From the IMG/VR virus record IMGVR_UViG_3300005805_000170, positions 1 through 41,194 of that record: 41,194 nucleotides of DNA. One strand, written 5' to 3'. Position numbers and translations under genes: made by a program. Each line of letters opens with the position of its first letter. The first letter of the stretch is position 1. The DNA is from a virus (taxonomy: Duplodnaviria; Caudoviricetes). A model generated the notes under the pieces. The model saw nothing but the letters and a program-made list of their open reading frames with translations. It was not told where the DNA came from and ran no database searches. Positions 19,103 through 27,527 of this stretch are shown in pieces.

Positions 19103-19735
19103 TCACGCAGGCTCAAATGTTGGTAGCTCTTTTATGTCGCCCGTATCCGGGTCTATCTGGACGCCGGTTTGGGTGACTTCAAGGTCAAACTCTTGAACCG
19201 TACCGATTGGCTCTCGCGTGACAATCTCGTCGATTTGCAGGGTGTAGGAAATGTAAGAACCTGCAAGAAATCTGTCTCCTTTTAGCAAGGTTAAGTCAGA
19301 GAACTCTTCACGGAGTGTTGATTCGTCAATCATTGCACGAAAAGAGTTTCTATCGTCGTACGCCTTGAGGCATGGGTAGTCAAGAAGTGCGGCTCTCAGA
19401 ACCGTAGTCAAGCGGTCTCTCATCGTTGTTACGGCTTCTGCTCCATCGGCTCTCGTCCAAACATAGGTACGCATTGAATAGTCAACACGATAAAGAGGGT
19501 CTGTTCCATCGTGACCAATTCGTTCAAATTTACTCGTAGATATTGCAGCAGTGATTATTGTTGGCCATGTGTCCATTGCTATTGGTTCGTGGATAAAGAA
19601 ATCTATGGGCGTTGGAAGTGTGATGTCGTCAACATTCCAACCATTTCTGTATCTAATTATCCTGATTGGAACATCTAATTTAAGATATTCATTGACATAC
19701 GACTTGGCAAATTGGGGTCCGTGCATCAAACTCAT
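19103..19735 (-). CDS. Tail completion / terminator-like neck protein
   Basis: Position between the virion morphogenesis gene and sheath; 210 aa. Confidence 0.55.
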   Translation of the reverse strand: MSLMHGPQFAKSYVNEYLKLDVPIRIIRYRNGWNVDDITLPTPIDFFIHEPIAMDTWPTIITAAISTSKFERIGHDGTDPLYRVDYSMRTYVWTRADGAEAVTTMRDRLTTVLRAALLDYPCLKAYDDRNSFRAMIDESTLREEFSDLTLLKGDRFLAGSYISYTLQIDEIVTREPIGTVQEFDLEVTQTGVQIDPDTGDIKELPTFEPA

Positions 19736-20217
19736 GAGATTCCTTCCTCACCAAGAACCATGTATTTAACCATGTTGATTCCAAGTTCTCGTGGGAATTC
19801 CCTAGGGGTGAACACTATTTTTCTTGCAGGCATTTTTGTGGTTCCATACTGATGGAACTTTGCGTACTCCACATTTGTTCCGAATGTGGCCGTATCTTTT
19901 TCAATCACATTAACTGCCGAGTCATTCATGTTGATAAGACTTCTAAAAAGATTTCCTGTCTGAACCATCGTTCCGCGTCCAGGAAAACGCGCCGACTTCC
20001 ATGTGCCGTAATCCTTGTCAAGAGGGGCCCAGGGTTTTCCGCTTGGCAGACCGTTCGCCATGAAGTTCTCTGCATTGGCTAGTTCTAGTTGACCTTTTGC
20101 CCACCTAAAAACAGGGCGCATATCATTTGCCCTGTCTTTCATATTCTCTAGAAGTTCAAGAACATCGTCCGCCTTGACCTCGACTTCAATCGTTATTCTG
20201 CCAGTTGTCCTAGCCAT
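19732..20217 (-). CDS. Phage virion morphogenesis (Mu gpG-like) neck protein
   Basis: WAPL...Y..WK...TG.L..SL...GTNVEYAKFHQYGT.KMPARK. Confidence 0.85.
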   Translation of the reverse strand: MARTTGRITIEVEVKADDVLELLENMKDRANDMRPVFRWAKGQLELANAENFMANGLPSGKPWAPLDKDYGTWKSARFPGRGTMVQTGNLFRSLINMNDSAVNVIEKDTATFGTNVEYAKFHQYGTTKMPARKIVFTPREFPRELGINMVKYMVLGEEGIS

Positions 20218-20861
20218 TACGCAACTCTAACTCTTCTGTACTTCCTGACAGAGGCAAGCTCGCGGTCACTAAATCCTGTTTCCAGTGGGGCGACGTTTCT
20301 TGTGTTGAGGTCTTTAACACCAACAACGTCGTCGTGCATGTTTTGCATTTCACGAGTCGCGGCACGAAGAATCATCAACTTGAACATCTTTATGTTCTCA
20401 CCATCAAGACCAGCCGTGTAGTTAACCGTCACTACGTCATTTGCGAATCCAAAGAAGTAATCAATTCCGAATCGCCTAACGACATAGTCGCTTTCAGGAA
20501 CGAGAACCCGTTCAGTGCCGAACTGTGGCTTGACGGTAACCTCAATTACGGAGACCACCGGTGAATTCCGCAAATATATAGTTTGCGGTGGCTCTGTGTA
20601 AACGGTGTTTTCTACAGGGCTTGTAGTGCTGAATGAGTCGCCAACTGGTCTGTTAACGGAAAGGAATGTTCCCATTGGAACGCCGAGATGACCTGAGTCA
20701 AGAACATATTCTTCGGTAAACTCTGTTGGCTCAACAGGCCTTCTTAGGTATGCCTCTAACTCGCTCTGTAAACCTTCAAGAACCATCTCTGCAGCATCTT
20801 GCTGACGCAAGGACAGAGAGATGTCCATATATGTGACTAAGTCCTGAACTGATACGAGCAT
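20217..20861 (-). CDS. Head-tail adaptor/connector
   Basis: LVSVQDL..YM, LEAYLRR, PVVSV, VTVNYTAG, C-terminal YRRVRV. Confidence 0.75.
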   Translation of the reverse strand: MLVSVQDLVTYMDISLSLRQQDAAEMVLEGLQSELEAYLRRPVEPTEFTEEYVLDSGHLGVPMGTFLSVNRPVGDSFSTTSPVENTVYTEPPQTIYLRNSPVVSVIEVTVKPQFGTERVLVPESDYVVRRFGIDYFFGFANDVVTVNYTAGLDGENIKMFKLMILRAATREMQNMHDDVVGVKDLNTRNVAPLETGFSDRELASVRKYRRVRVA

Positions 20862-20894
20862 GGCCTACCTCTGGGGTTGCAACTTTTCAGTCCA

Positions 20895-20903
20895 ATTGTA
20901 GCA
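20895..20903 (-). promoter_or_regulatory. Extended -10 promoter (TGC-TACAAT) for the neck operon
   Basis: TGn-TAnnnT in an AT-rich gap upstream of the head-tail adaptor. Confidence 0.5.
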
Positions 20904-20947
20904 CTTTAAAGAAAAGCACTATTTATTTACAACTCAATAATTAAGTT

Positions 20948-21433
20948 CTAACGACTTTTCTTGGCTGCTTTTTTAACTGGTCGTGCTGCCTTCTTCGCAG
21001 GAGATTTCTTCGCTGTCTTCTTAGCTGGCTTCTTCTTAGCGGGGGCCTTCTTCTTCTTAGCGGGGGCCTTCTTCTTCTTGGCAGCTTTCTTCTTAGCCGC
21101 CTTGACCTTGGCGGCTTTTTTAGCTGCCGCCGCTTCTTTTTCGGCCATTCTTTTTCTTGCCCTAGCGGCGATTCTGTCAGACTCTCTGAACAGCGAATTG
21201 TACTTTCTCGTCGAAGGAGCGCCCTTCTGTTTGAGCTGGTACTTGCGCATTTCTTTATAGATTGCCCGCTGCCTAGCCCTTTCCTTCTGAGTGGCGCCGG
21301 TTTGGTCGCTGAGCTTTTTTAGTTCCGCCAATTTTTTTGCAGTAATCTTTCCTGCTGCTCGCTGCTCCTTTAAATCGCGTTCTTTAGCTACCGCTACTTC
21401 TGCGAGTGTCGGACCCTGAATTGGCTGTGGCAT
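20948..21433 (-). CDS. Lys/Ala-rich histone H1-like basic protein
   Basis: C-terminal AAKKAAK / KKKKAPAKKKKAPAKKKPAKK repeats; AAGGA RBS and its own extended -10. Confidence 0.75.
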   Translation of the reverse strand: MPQPIQGPTLAEVAVAKERDLKEQRAAGKITAKKLAELKKLSDQTGATQKERARQRAIYKEMRKYQLKQKGAPSTRKYNSLFRESDRIAARARKRMAEKEAAAAKKAAKVKAAKKKAAKKKKAPAKKKKAPAKKKPAKKTAKKSPAKKAARPVKKAAKKSR

Positions 21434-21471
21434 ATTAATTATTCCTTGTTTTTGGACGGACTAATAAAATA

Positions 21472-21480
21472 ATTATATCA
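21472..21480 (-). promoter_or_regulatory. Extended -10 promoter (TGA-TATAAT) for the H1-like gene
   Basis: Consensus TGn-TATAAT in the intergenic gap. Confidence 0.55.
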
Positions 21481-21483
21481 CCG

Positions 21484-22041
21484 TCACCTATCAGGATTCG
21501 GCGGTCTTTCTACAACTGGCTCGCTGTCCACTGTTCCTGCAGGAGCCTCGATTGGGACCCAAGCACGGGAATACGTGTGTTCAGCTATGTTTCTTGTCTT
21601 TATGATTGACGCCTCTAACATTACCTCAAGTTCATCAGTTTTCATGCACAAAAGAGTGTCAAAATCATGGCGGTTATATTTTCCGGACTGCCTTAGCTTT
21701 CTCACGATATTGGAAATCTTCTTTGATACCAGGTTCCCACGGCCTCTGTTTAAACGTAGGTGCATCATCATTGCCGTAAGACTGTCGCAATCGTGTTCGA
21801 TTACTGGAACCATGTCCCCATGAGCATCGATAATTCTTGAGACATTTAAAGCCAGTCTTAATCTTTCGCTTCCATCGATGACCTCCTTGGTTGAGGCACG
21901 AATATGGATTGGCTCAATAAATCCAAACTCCATTAGAGATGCAGACAAGACAAGCAAGTCTGGACGAAGAATATGCGTTGCCTTCCATTCTGGAATTTTC
22001 AAATCGCTTGCTTTGACGTAATTAATATTCAAATGTTTCAC
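21484..22041 (-). CDS. ParB/sulfiredoxin-like protein (IbrB-like)
   Basis: SLMEFGFIEPI...VIDGSERL...LRLNRGRG; coupled to the PAPS-reductase-like gene. Confidence 0.75.
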   Translation of the reverse strand: MKHLNINYVKASDLKIPEWKATHILRPDLLVLSASLMEFGFIEPIHIRASTKEVIDGSERLRLALNVSRIIDAHGDMVPVIEHDCDSLTAMMMHLRLNRGRGNLVSKKISNIVRKLRQSGKYNRHDFDTLLCMKTDELEVMLEASIIKTRNIAEHTYSRAWVPIEAPAGTVDSEPVVERPPNPDR

Positions 22042-23167
22042 TTTGTTCCTCTGTCATCTCGATTGTTCTTACAGCGTGTGCTTTTGTCTTTGGTCCAACA
22101 GGAGTTGGAGAGTTTGAGTCAAATTGATTTAGAAGAAGCGTTCTGATTAGATAGTTGAGTGGGTATCCGCCTGGGTCGATTGCGTGTTTTTGTCTAAACT
22201 TTGAGACAAAAGTTCTTGCAGAACGCGCTGCTTCTTCACCAATAATAAAATCATTAATGAAGTTTGAAGCACCAGAAAAACCATCTTTGGCATACTTTGA
22301 AATTAACTTCTCAACATCAAAGTCTTTCCATAGTCTTCTTTGAGCGTCAATGTGCGGGAAGCACTCAACAAGCTTGTCGTAGAACTCCGGCTCGGTAGCA
22401 ACGACATCTCCGATTCTTCTGATAGCGATAGAGTGAAGTGGGATACCAACTCTTGTATTGCTCCCAGTTAGGGCTGCAAGGTCGTAGTACTCGCAATAAT
22501 CAGAACCATGTTCTTCAACTATAAACTTGAAAACATCGTCAGTATTCCAGTCGTAAATCACCTTTGCAAACTTAAGAGGTATTCCTCTTTTTAGCTTGTA
22601 TGGAGTAACGATGTAATTCTCGTGAAGCTTCTGTACAATCGAGCGATAACGAACCATTGACTCACTTGCGCGAACACCAGTGATGAAAGCAACGTTTCCT
22701 ACTTTTCCCTGCATTGTGTAATAGTCGGTTTGCTCTGGGAGAGACATTGACGGATTGAGGCCAAGCGTTTGAGCATTGATTGCCCATGGCGGCATGTCCC
22801 TGACCCATCTGCCTTCACTTCCGCGAATTGCACCCCATAAAAGAATCCGCTCGCGCTTTCCAAGAACCCATACCTCGGCGATAAATGGAAGGCAATACCA
22901 CTCCATATCCACCCAGTCGTAGTTTCTCACCCTTTCAACATATTCAATTGTCTTTGGGCTAACCATCTCTTCATCTCTGAAGATGACTTTTACTGGTCCG
23001 AGTCCACGTTCCTCATGTACTTCCTTTGCCAATAACAGGGCGGCCGTTGAGTCTTTGCCCCCAGAGAACTGTACGCATACAGTATCGAACTGGTCGTAGA
23101 CGTGTCTAATTCTTTGACGCGCAGCTTCCACGCACGAAATATTCAAGAACATTCTTTGTCTGGTCAT
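22022..23167 (-). CDS. PAPS-reductase-family PP-loop protein (IbrA-like)
   Basis: AARQRIRHVYDQFD..CVQFSGGKDS, FRDEE, GVRASES..R, IYDW..DDVF. Confidence 0.85.
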   Translation of the reverse strand: MTRQRMFLNISCVEAARQRIRHVYDQFDTVCVQFSGGKDSTAALLLAKEVHEERGLGPVKVIFRDEEMVSPKTIEYVERVRNYDWVDMEWYCLPFIAEVWVLGKRERILLWGAIRGSEGRWVRDMPPWAINAQTLGLNPSMSLPEQTDYYTMQGKVGNVAFITGVRASESMVRYRSIVQKLHENYIVTPYKLKRGIPLKFAKVIYDWNTDDVFKFIVEEHGSDYCEYYDLAALTGSNTRVGIPLHSIAIRRIGDVVATEPEFYDKLVECFPHIDAQRRLWKDFDVEKLISKYAKDGFSGASNFINDFIIGEEAARSARTFVSKFRQKHAIDPGGYPLNYLIRTLLLNQFDSNSPTPVGPKTKAHAVRTIEMTEEQSETFEY

Positions 23168-23958
23168 GGCATGTGTGGGTCTATGAAGTTAATTAATTTT
23201 TCTGCCGTAGTATCACCATCAACGGCAGGGTCGGAACGAAGCCACTTGATAAATTTGTACCACTGAGCCTGTTGGTCTGCGTTGTCAAAAACAATCGTGT
23301 ACTGAACTGCTGCTTGCGGAGCTGAACCCGGAACAGCAACAGTGGAGCCACGAGTAGCAATATCTGAATGGTCTAAGTTTGAATTCGCAACAATCCTATT
23401 CTCGCCAGAAGAATCTTTTTCAACCATTCCCTTTATTGAGTCAATAGCATCATCGTAAACTTTTTGCTCTGCTACTTGTTCTCGCGTTTGTGGAATCTCT
23501 TCTTCAGCATTATCCATTCTTGCTTGCTCAATTATCATGTCGCTTTCCATTGATGCAAGTTCAAATTCGTCCCAACCCAATCCATCAAGAAGGTCTGGGT
23601 AGTACTCGCTAATTTCAAGAAGCATGTCGGTTAGGAGTTCAGGCTCTGTATAGCCAAGCTCCATCGTCCTGTTATCGGCAAGAGCAAAAGCAATTGCTTT
23701 CTTATCATCTGCGTCCAGAAAAATAACTGCAATCTGTTCCCATCCGAGATTGATTGCCGCTTCAAGTTGATGGTTACCTGCGATGACAGTTGCAGTTCCG
23801 TCCTCGTTTTTTTTAGCGACGATTGGCTTTACCTGACCAAACTCAGAGTACGAAGCCATAATTGCTTCAACATTTCCAATTCTCGGATTACCTTCAAGGT
23901 AGTCAAGACTGTCGATGTCTACAGCAAGCGATTTTAAAGAAGGATGTATTCCGCTCAT
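23164..23958 (-). CDS. ParB N-terminal domain protein
   Basis: NPRIGNV..I..S..EFGQVKPIV...VIAGNHQLEAA..LGW...ALADNR. Confidence 0.85.
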   Translation of the reverse strand: MSGIHPSLKSLAVDIDSLDYLEGNPRIGNVEAIMASYSEFGQVKPIVAKKNEDGTATVIAGNHQLEAAINLGWEQIAVIFLDADDKKAIAFALADNRTMELGYTEPELLTDMLLEISEYYPDLLDGLGWDEFELASMESDMIIEQARMDNAEEEIPQTREQVAEQKVYDDAIDSIKGMVEKDSSGENRIVANSNLDHSDIATRGSTVAVPGSAPQAAVQYTIVFDNADQQAQWYKFIKWLRSDPAVDGDTTAEKLINFIDPHMP

Positions 23959-24290
23959 ACCTGTACTCTCACGTTCGCATTAAGTGTCCGCATTGCATCT
24001 ATTGATGTTCGTAAAGACAATAGTGCTTCTCTTTTGGTTTTAACAAGAGCCTCTGCAATCTTGTATTCGTAGTTAACGTCATCAAGCTTGTAGTCTGCCC
24101 AAGCTTCGCGCTCTTTGATAGAGCCAGAGCGAGCAAGATATTCCTTTGCCCAGTTCGACTTGTACCTTGCTTCTTTCTTGGCTGCTTCAACGGCAAGGAC
24201 TTCAAAGGCTTCAGTTTCTTTTTCTAGTTCCCCAACGAGTCTGAGCATCTCTTGTTCAATTTCAACTTGACTAATAGGTGCGCTTCTCAT
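23955..24290 (-). CDS. Hypothetical coiled-coil protein
   Basis: ATG at 24290 overlaps the RuvC-like stop (ATGA), making it a likelier start than 24359. Confidence 0.65.
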   Translation of the reverse strand: MRSAPISQVEIEQEMLRLVGELEKETEAFEVLAVEAAKKEARYKSNWAKEYLARSGSIKEREAWADYKLDDVNYEYKIAEALVKTKREALLSLRTSIDAMRTLNANVRVQV

Positions 24291-24817
24291 GTATTGCCTT
24301 TCACTTGTAGTGGGCTCCAATCTACTTTGTCTAGAGCTGACATATTCGTTGCTGGCCAAGAAAACCTAGGTTTTTCCATAAAAGCAAGAGCCATCTCCTC
24401 AAGAATCCAGGCATCGCATTTATCGTCTGCTCCAGGGTTCCCCCATATAATTCCCGTCTTAGCCGAAATAGCAGAAATGACTTCGTTCTTTGAAGCGTTG
24501 CCTTTTCCTGTGGCGAACTTGGCTCTACATGTTGGCGGTATTTCCACGAATGGAACGCCTAGTTCGAATAGGCAGAGCCGTACAACTCCACCAAGCTCTC
24601 CGATGGAAAATGCCTGCCCACTGCGAGATGCAAAGGAATAGCCCTCAACAATGACAACATCAATATCATTTTCTAAAACTATTTTTTTAATTGTTTCAGA
24701 AATTGTCTTCAACCTTCGGACACCCTTTTCACTAGTCGAAATGACGCCCGTGTCGCCGCCATGAGAATACCCAGTGGACGTTAGGGAAAGGTCAAGCCCA
24801 AGTAGATTGATATTCAC
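24287..24817 (-). CDS. RuvC-like Holliday junction resolvase
   Basis: LGLDLSLTSTG, VIVEGY, KFATGKGNASK, DDKCDA: the RNase H-fold D/E/D/D pattern. Confidence 0.85.
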   Translation of the reverse strand: MNINLLGLDLSLTSTGYSHGGDTGVISTSEKGVRRLKTISETIKKIVLENDIDVVIVEGYSFASRSGQAFSIGELGGVVRLCLFELGVPFVEIPPTCRAKFATGKGNASKNEVISAISAKTGIIWGNPGADDKCDAWILEEMALAFMEKPRFSWPATNMSALDKVDWSPLQVKGNT

Positions 24818-24836
24818 GAACAGATACTAATCCATA

Positions 24837-24988
24837 AAAGCAAAAACCCGCCGAACACCTAGCCGGTTCAGCGGGTTTGTCGAGTGACACAGGTGGCGTG
24901 CAGTCGAGTCTTCGATTTGCCGTAGCTTTCGCTACTAGACCTTTTGACCACCTGCCCTTCTTCCACTCGGAGTAGATATTGGCTAGAT
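24837..24988 (-). ncRNA. Putative structured non-coding RNA ending in a terminator-like hairpin
   Basis: Nested stems CGAGTG/CACTCG and GCAGGTGG/CCACCTGT, GTAGC-GAAA-GCTAC hairpin, 13-bp terminal stem followed by a U-tract; TGT-TAATCT extended -10 at 24995-25003. Confidence 0.6.
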
Positions 24989-25059
24989 GGGAAAAGATTA
25001 ACACTATTTATTAAAGCTAAATAGTAAAGCATTTATTATTAAAATTTAGCAGGTGGGGC

Positions 25060-25124
25060 CAAACATGCAAAAGCCGAGTGAGTCTCCCCACCCGACTTTC
25101 GCACCTATAACGGTCCTAAGGATT
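25060..25124 (-). ncRNA. Putative small RNA: 17-nt segment antisense to 23S rRNA plus 17-bp GAGA-capped hairpin (may also act as terminator)
   Basis: Plus strand 25105-25121 = CTATAACGGTCCTAAGG. Hairpin 25066-25103 needs four G-U pairs, so it forms fully only on the minus strand. Confidence 0.45.
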
Positions 25125-25179
25125 ACTACATTACACCCGGGATAAATACTGAAAGTGTCAAATAAAAAGACATTATAAA

Positions 25180-25554
25180 TTATTTTTCCCAACTTCTTTT
25201 TGCAAGCCCTAAATCAAAAGCAAGTTGCGGATAATTGCCAATTCTTGTGTGACACTTCCTGCACACAGCAAGAACATTGTCCTCATCAAGTATTGAACCA
25301 CCTTGTGAACGACGAATTATTTCGTGCACATCAATACTCTTATTTTGAATAAAAGTAACTTTCTCGTCATGCTCTGCAAAAATTTTGCAAGCCTGGCAAT
25401 ATGGTCGTTCGCTAAGAATCTTTTCCACAAATGGACGCCGTAGTTCATAGAGTTCAGATTGCTTTTTGCTTCTCTTTTTTATTGAGCCAGTCCGCTTTGG
25501 GGGGGCACCTCTTTTTGGCGGCTTCCCTCTTTTGATTGGCTTTCTAGGCTTCAC
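25180..25554 (-). CDS. HNH endonuclease with basic N-terminus
   Basis: CQAC...DVHEIIRRSQGGSILDEDNVLAVCRKCH. Confidence 0.85.
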   Translation of the reverse strand: MKPRKPIKRGKPPKRGAPPKRTGSIKKRSKKQSELYELRRPFVEKILSERPYCQACKIFAEHDEKVTFIQNKSIDVHEIIRRSQGGSILDEDNVLAVCRKCHTRIGNYPQLAFDLGLAKRSWEK

Positions 25555-25559
25555 TTAAG

Positions 25560-26069
25560 TTAAAGATTCTCAGCATCAATTTGGTCAAACTCCCACTTGC
25601 TTTCAAGGGTTGCCCAGAGGGCCCTATCGATTGATGTCTCTTCGAGGTCATAGTCTCTAAGCATTGCGCGATGAGTCGCAATTGCTCTCTTGTAGAAATC
25701 AACTTGTTCCCACCCATCAGACAATATTTCGTCTCCGGTCTCAATCATCGCTGCAACTTCATCAAGGCGCTTATCAACGTGAAATTTAAACCTACTGACT
25801 TTCTTCAGCTTTGAGTCGTAGGCGGCTTTTGCTTCAATGGCTAATCTTTTGCCATCCCTGCCAAGCGCTGTATACCTGGCCTCATCTGCTTGAGCGTCGT
25901 ACTCAATCTCGTCAATCTGTTCTTTTAGATTCTCAGAAAGAAATAGGAGCGCGTCTCTCCACCTGCTCCAGTTGTCCTTCTCCATCAATTGCTTTTTATG
26001 AAGCGGAGAAAGCTTGTTCTTTACTTCCTCTGCAACCATTCTTGCGAATGCGTCGTCATTAAGCATCAT
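25560..26069 (-). CDS. Hypothetical helical protein
   Basis: GGAG RBS before ATG at 26069, directly after the nuclease stop codon. Confidence 0.7.
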   Translation of the reverse strand: MMLNDDAFARMVAEEVKNKLSPLHKKQLMEKDNWSRWRDALLFLSENLKEQIDEIEYDAQADEARYTALGRDGKRLAIEAKAAYDSKLKKVSRFKFHVDKRLDEVAAMIETGDEILSDGWEQVDFYKRAIATHRAMLRDYDLEETSIDRALWATLESKWEFDQIDAENL

Positions 26070-26071
26070 CT

Positions 26072-26875
26072 TTATCTCCACGCCGGACATATGCGTTTGT
26101 AACTGCAAAAATTACACAGGAATGAAGTCTTTGCTTCAAACTCACCAGTCCTGCATTTTTCATCTATTTGTGATTTTGTTTCTTGAATCATTTCTTCAAG
26201 CTTTACTATTTCAGAATGAGTTACTTCTCGCGTTAGTTTCACTCCGTCTTTAAGGTACAAAAGCTCAACCTTGTCAACATCACCAACACCGAGGTTGATG
26301 AGAAGTTTTGCATAGATTAAAAGTTGAGCAAATTTTTCATCCAAGTCATACTTTGGCGTCTTACCTGTTTTGTAGTCGCTTACGGTTAACGACATCTTGC
26401 CTTCTGTTTGGCTGTATCTATCTATGAACCCACGAAGCCTTACTCCAGCTATCTCTCCGTTCAGCTCATACTCAAGGCCAGTTGGTTCAAGCTTTTGTGG
26501 GTCTTCTAGATTCCAAAGATTTTCAACACAGAACCAAGCGGCCCAACGAAACTTATTCAATGCTTCATCGTCACTTAATGAAGTCATTTTATAAGTAACC
26601 TTAAATCCGTCGACAACTTTCATTGCTTCTTCCGCCCACTTCTCATCCCATATTTGTTTTGCTAATGGGCGACAGTTTGTAATTGTCCGCAACTCCGCTG
26701 GAAGCTTGTACATTTCTTCGAGAATGTCGTGAACAAAATTACCCAATACAGCCCAGTGATTTGATGGGTCTGGTATTAAGTCGATTTTGTTGAACTTGAA
26801 CTTCTGTGGGCACTGTTTGAATGTCCCAATGGAAGATGGTGACAAGTAATCAGGAGCCTTTAGCTCACTTGTCAT
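26072..26875 (-). CDS. RecB/Cas4-like PD-(D/E)XK exonuclease
   Basis: LSPSSI..FKQCP, G..VH..LE, GFIDR, DYKTGK, QL..Y, CNFCSY...CP (4-Cys Fe-S type). Confidence 0.88.
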   Translation of the reverse strand: MTSELKAPDYLSPSSIGTFKQCPQKFKFNKIDLIPDPSNHWAVLGNFVHDILEEMYKLPAELRTITNCRPLAKQIWDEKWAEEAMKVVDGFKVTYKMTSLSDDEALNKFRWAAWFCVENLWNLEDPQKLEPTGLEYELNGEIAGVRLRGFIDRYSQTEGKMSLTVSDYKTGKTPKYDLDEKFAQLLIYAKLLINLGVGDVDKVELLYLKDGVKLTREVTHSEIVKLEEMIQETKSQIDEKCRTGEFEAKTSFLCNFCSYKRICPAWR

Positions 26876-27527
26876 CTATAACCACATAGTCTCCGCCGAA
26901 TGAAAGACGAGTTGCTTCTGCAATTAACTTGTCAAGAGCGTCTTCGGTTACTGTTTCACGCTTAGGCTTTGGCTGGCCATTGCTGTAGATACTCCAGTAT
27001 TCATTGAGTTTTTCTCTGTTCTCTGGAGAAAGGCTCTTTGCAATACCCATGAAACTATCCCACTTGGTTGAAACTTCAGGTGTCACGCGTGCCTCTGCTT
27101 CTAGTTCGCTGTCCATAACTTGTTCAATTTCAATTGCGTCTTCGCTTCGTGCGAGATAAAGGCCAACGCCAAGCGTCTGAACTGCTTTCTTCAAAGCGTC
27201 AGAAACCGCACCTTTAACCTCATCGCCAATGTCAACTGGTTCTCCCTGTTTATTCAGTTTTATTTTTTGCCCACCAACACCATCACGATGAACGGTTTCA
27301 CCATTGATTTTTGCTTGGAGTTGGATGTGAGCGACAATCGATGTTCCGAGTTGTTGCCAGCTGTGAACAGTGAATGACCAGTTCTCAACACCGAGAACCT
27401 TGTTCATCCGGTTGATGACTTCACTTACAGGGATATAGATTAGATTTGCCCCACCCTTGTTGAGTCTTTTTTCCATCTCTGATGGAAATGGCTCAGACAG
27501 AGTTTGATAGATGTTATTATTTGTCAT
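26865..27527 (-). CDS. Rad52/Sak-family single-strand annealing protein
   Basis: LSEPF, YIPVSEVINRMNKVLG..NWSF, RDGVG, KGAVSDALKKA...LGVGLYL. Confidence 0.88.
   Translation of the reverse strand: MTNNNIYQTLSEPFPSEMEKRLNKGGANLIYIPVSEVINRMNKVLGVENWSFTVHSWQQLGTSIVAHIQLQAKINGETVHRDGVGGQKIKLNKQGEPVDIGDEVKGAVSDALKKAVQTLGVGLYLARSEDAIEIEQVMDSELEAEARVTPEVSTKWDSFMGIAKSLSPENREKLNEYWSIYSNGQPKPKRETVTEDALDKLIAEATRLSFGGDYVVIDDK

Noticed and set aside
24792-25004. 70-aa ORF across the structured intergenic region
   Set aside because: No clear RBS, it begins within the predicted -10 element and crosses a terminator-like hairpin; RNA structure explains the region better.
25105-25121. An rRNA gene or rRNA fragment
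   Set aside because: The exact identity to 23S is limited to 17 nt and the flanks are not rRNA. It is kept only as a possible antisense element.
26072-26875. Cas4-like gene as part of a CRISPR-Cas system
   Set aside because: No repeat-spacer array or other cas genes are seen; next to Rad52/Sak it is best read as a recombination exonuclease.
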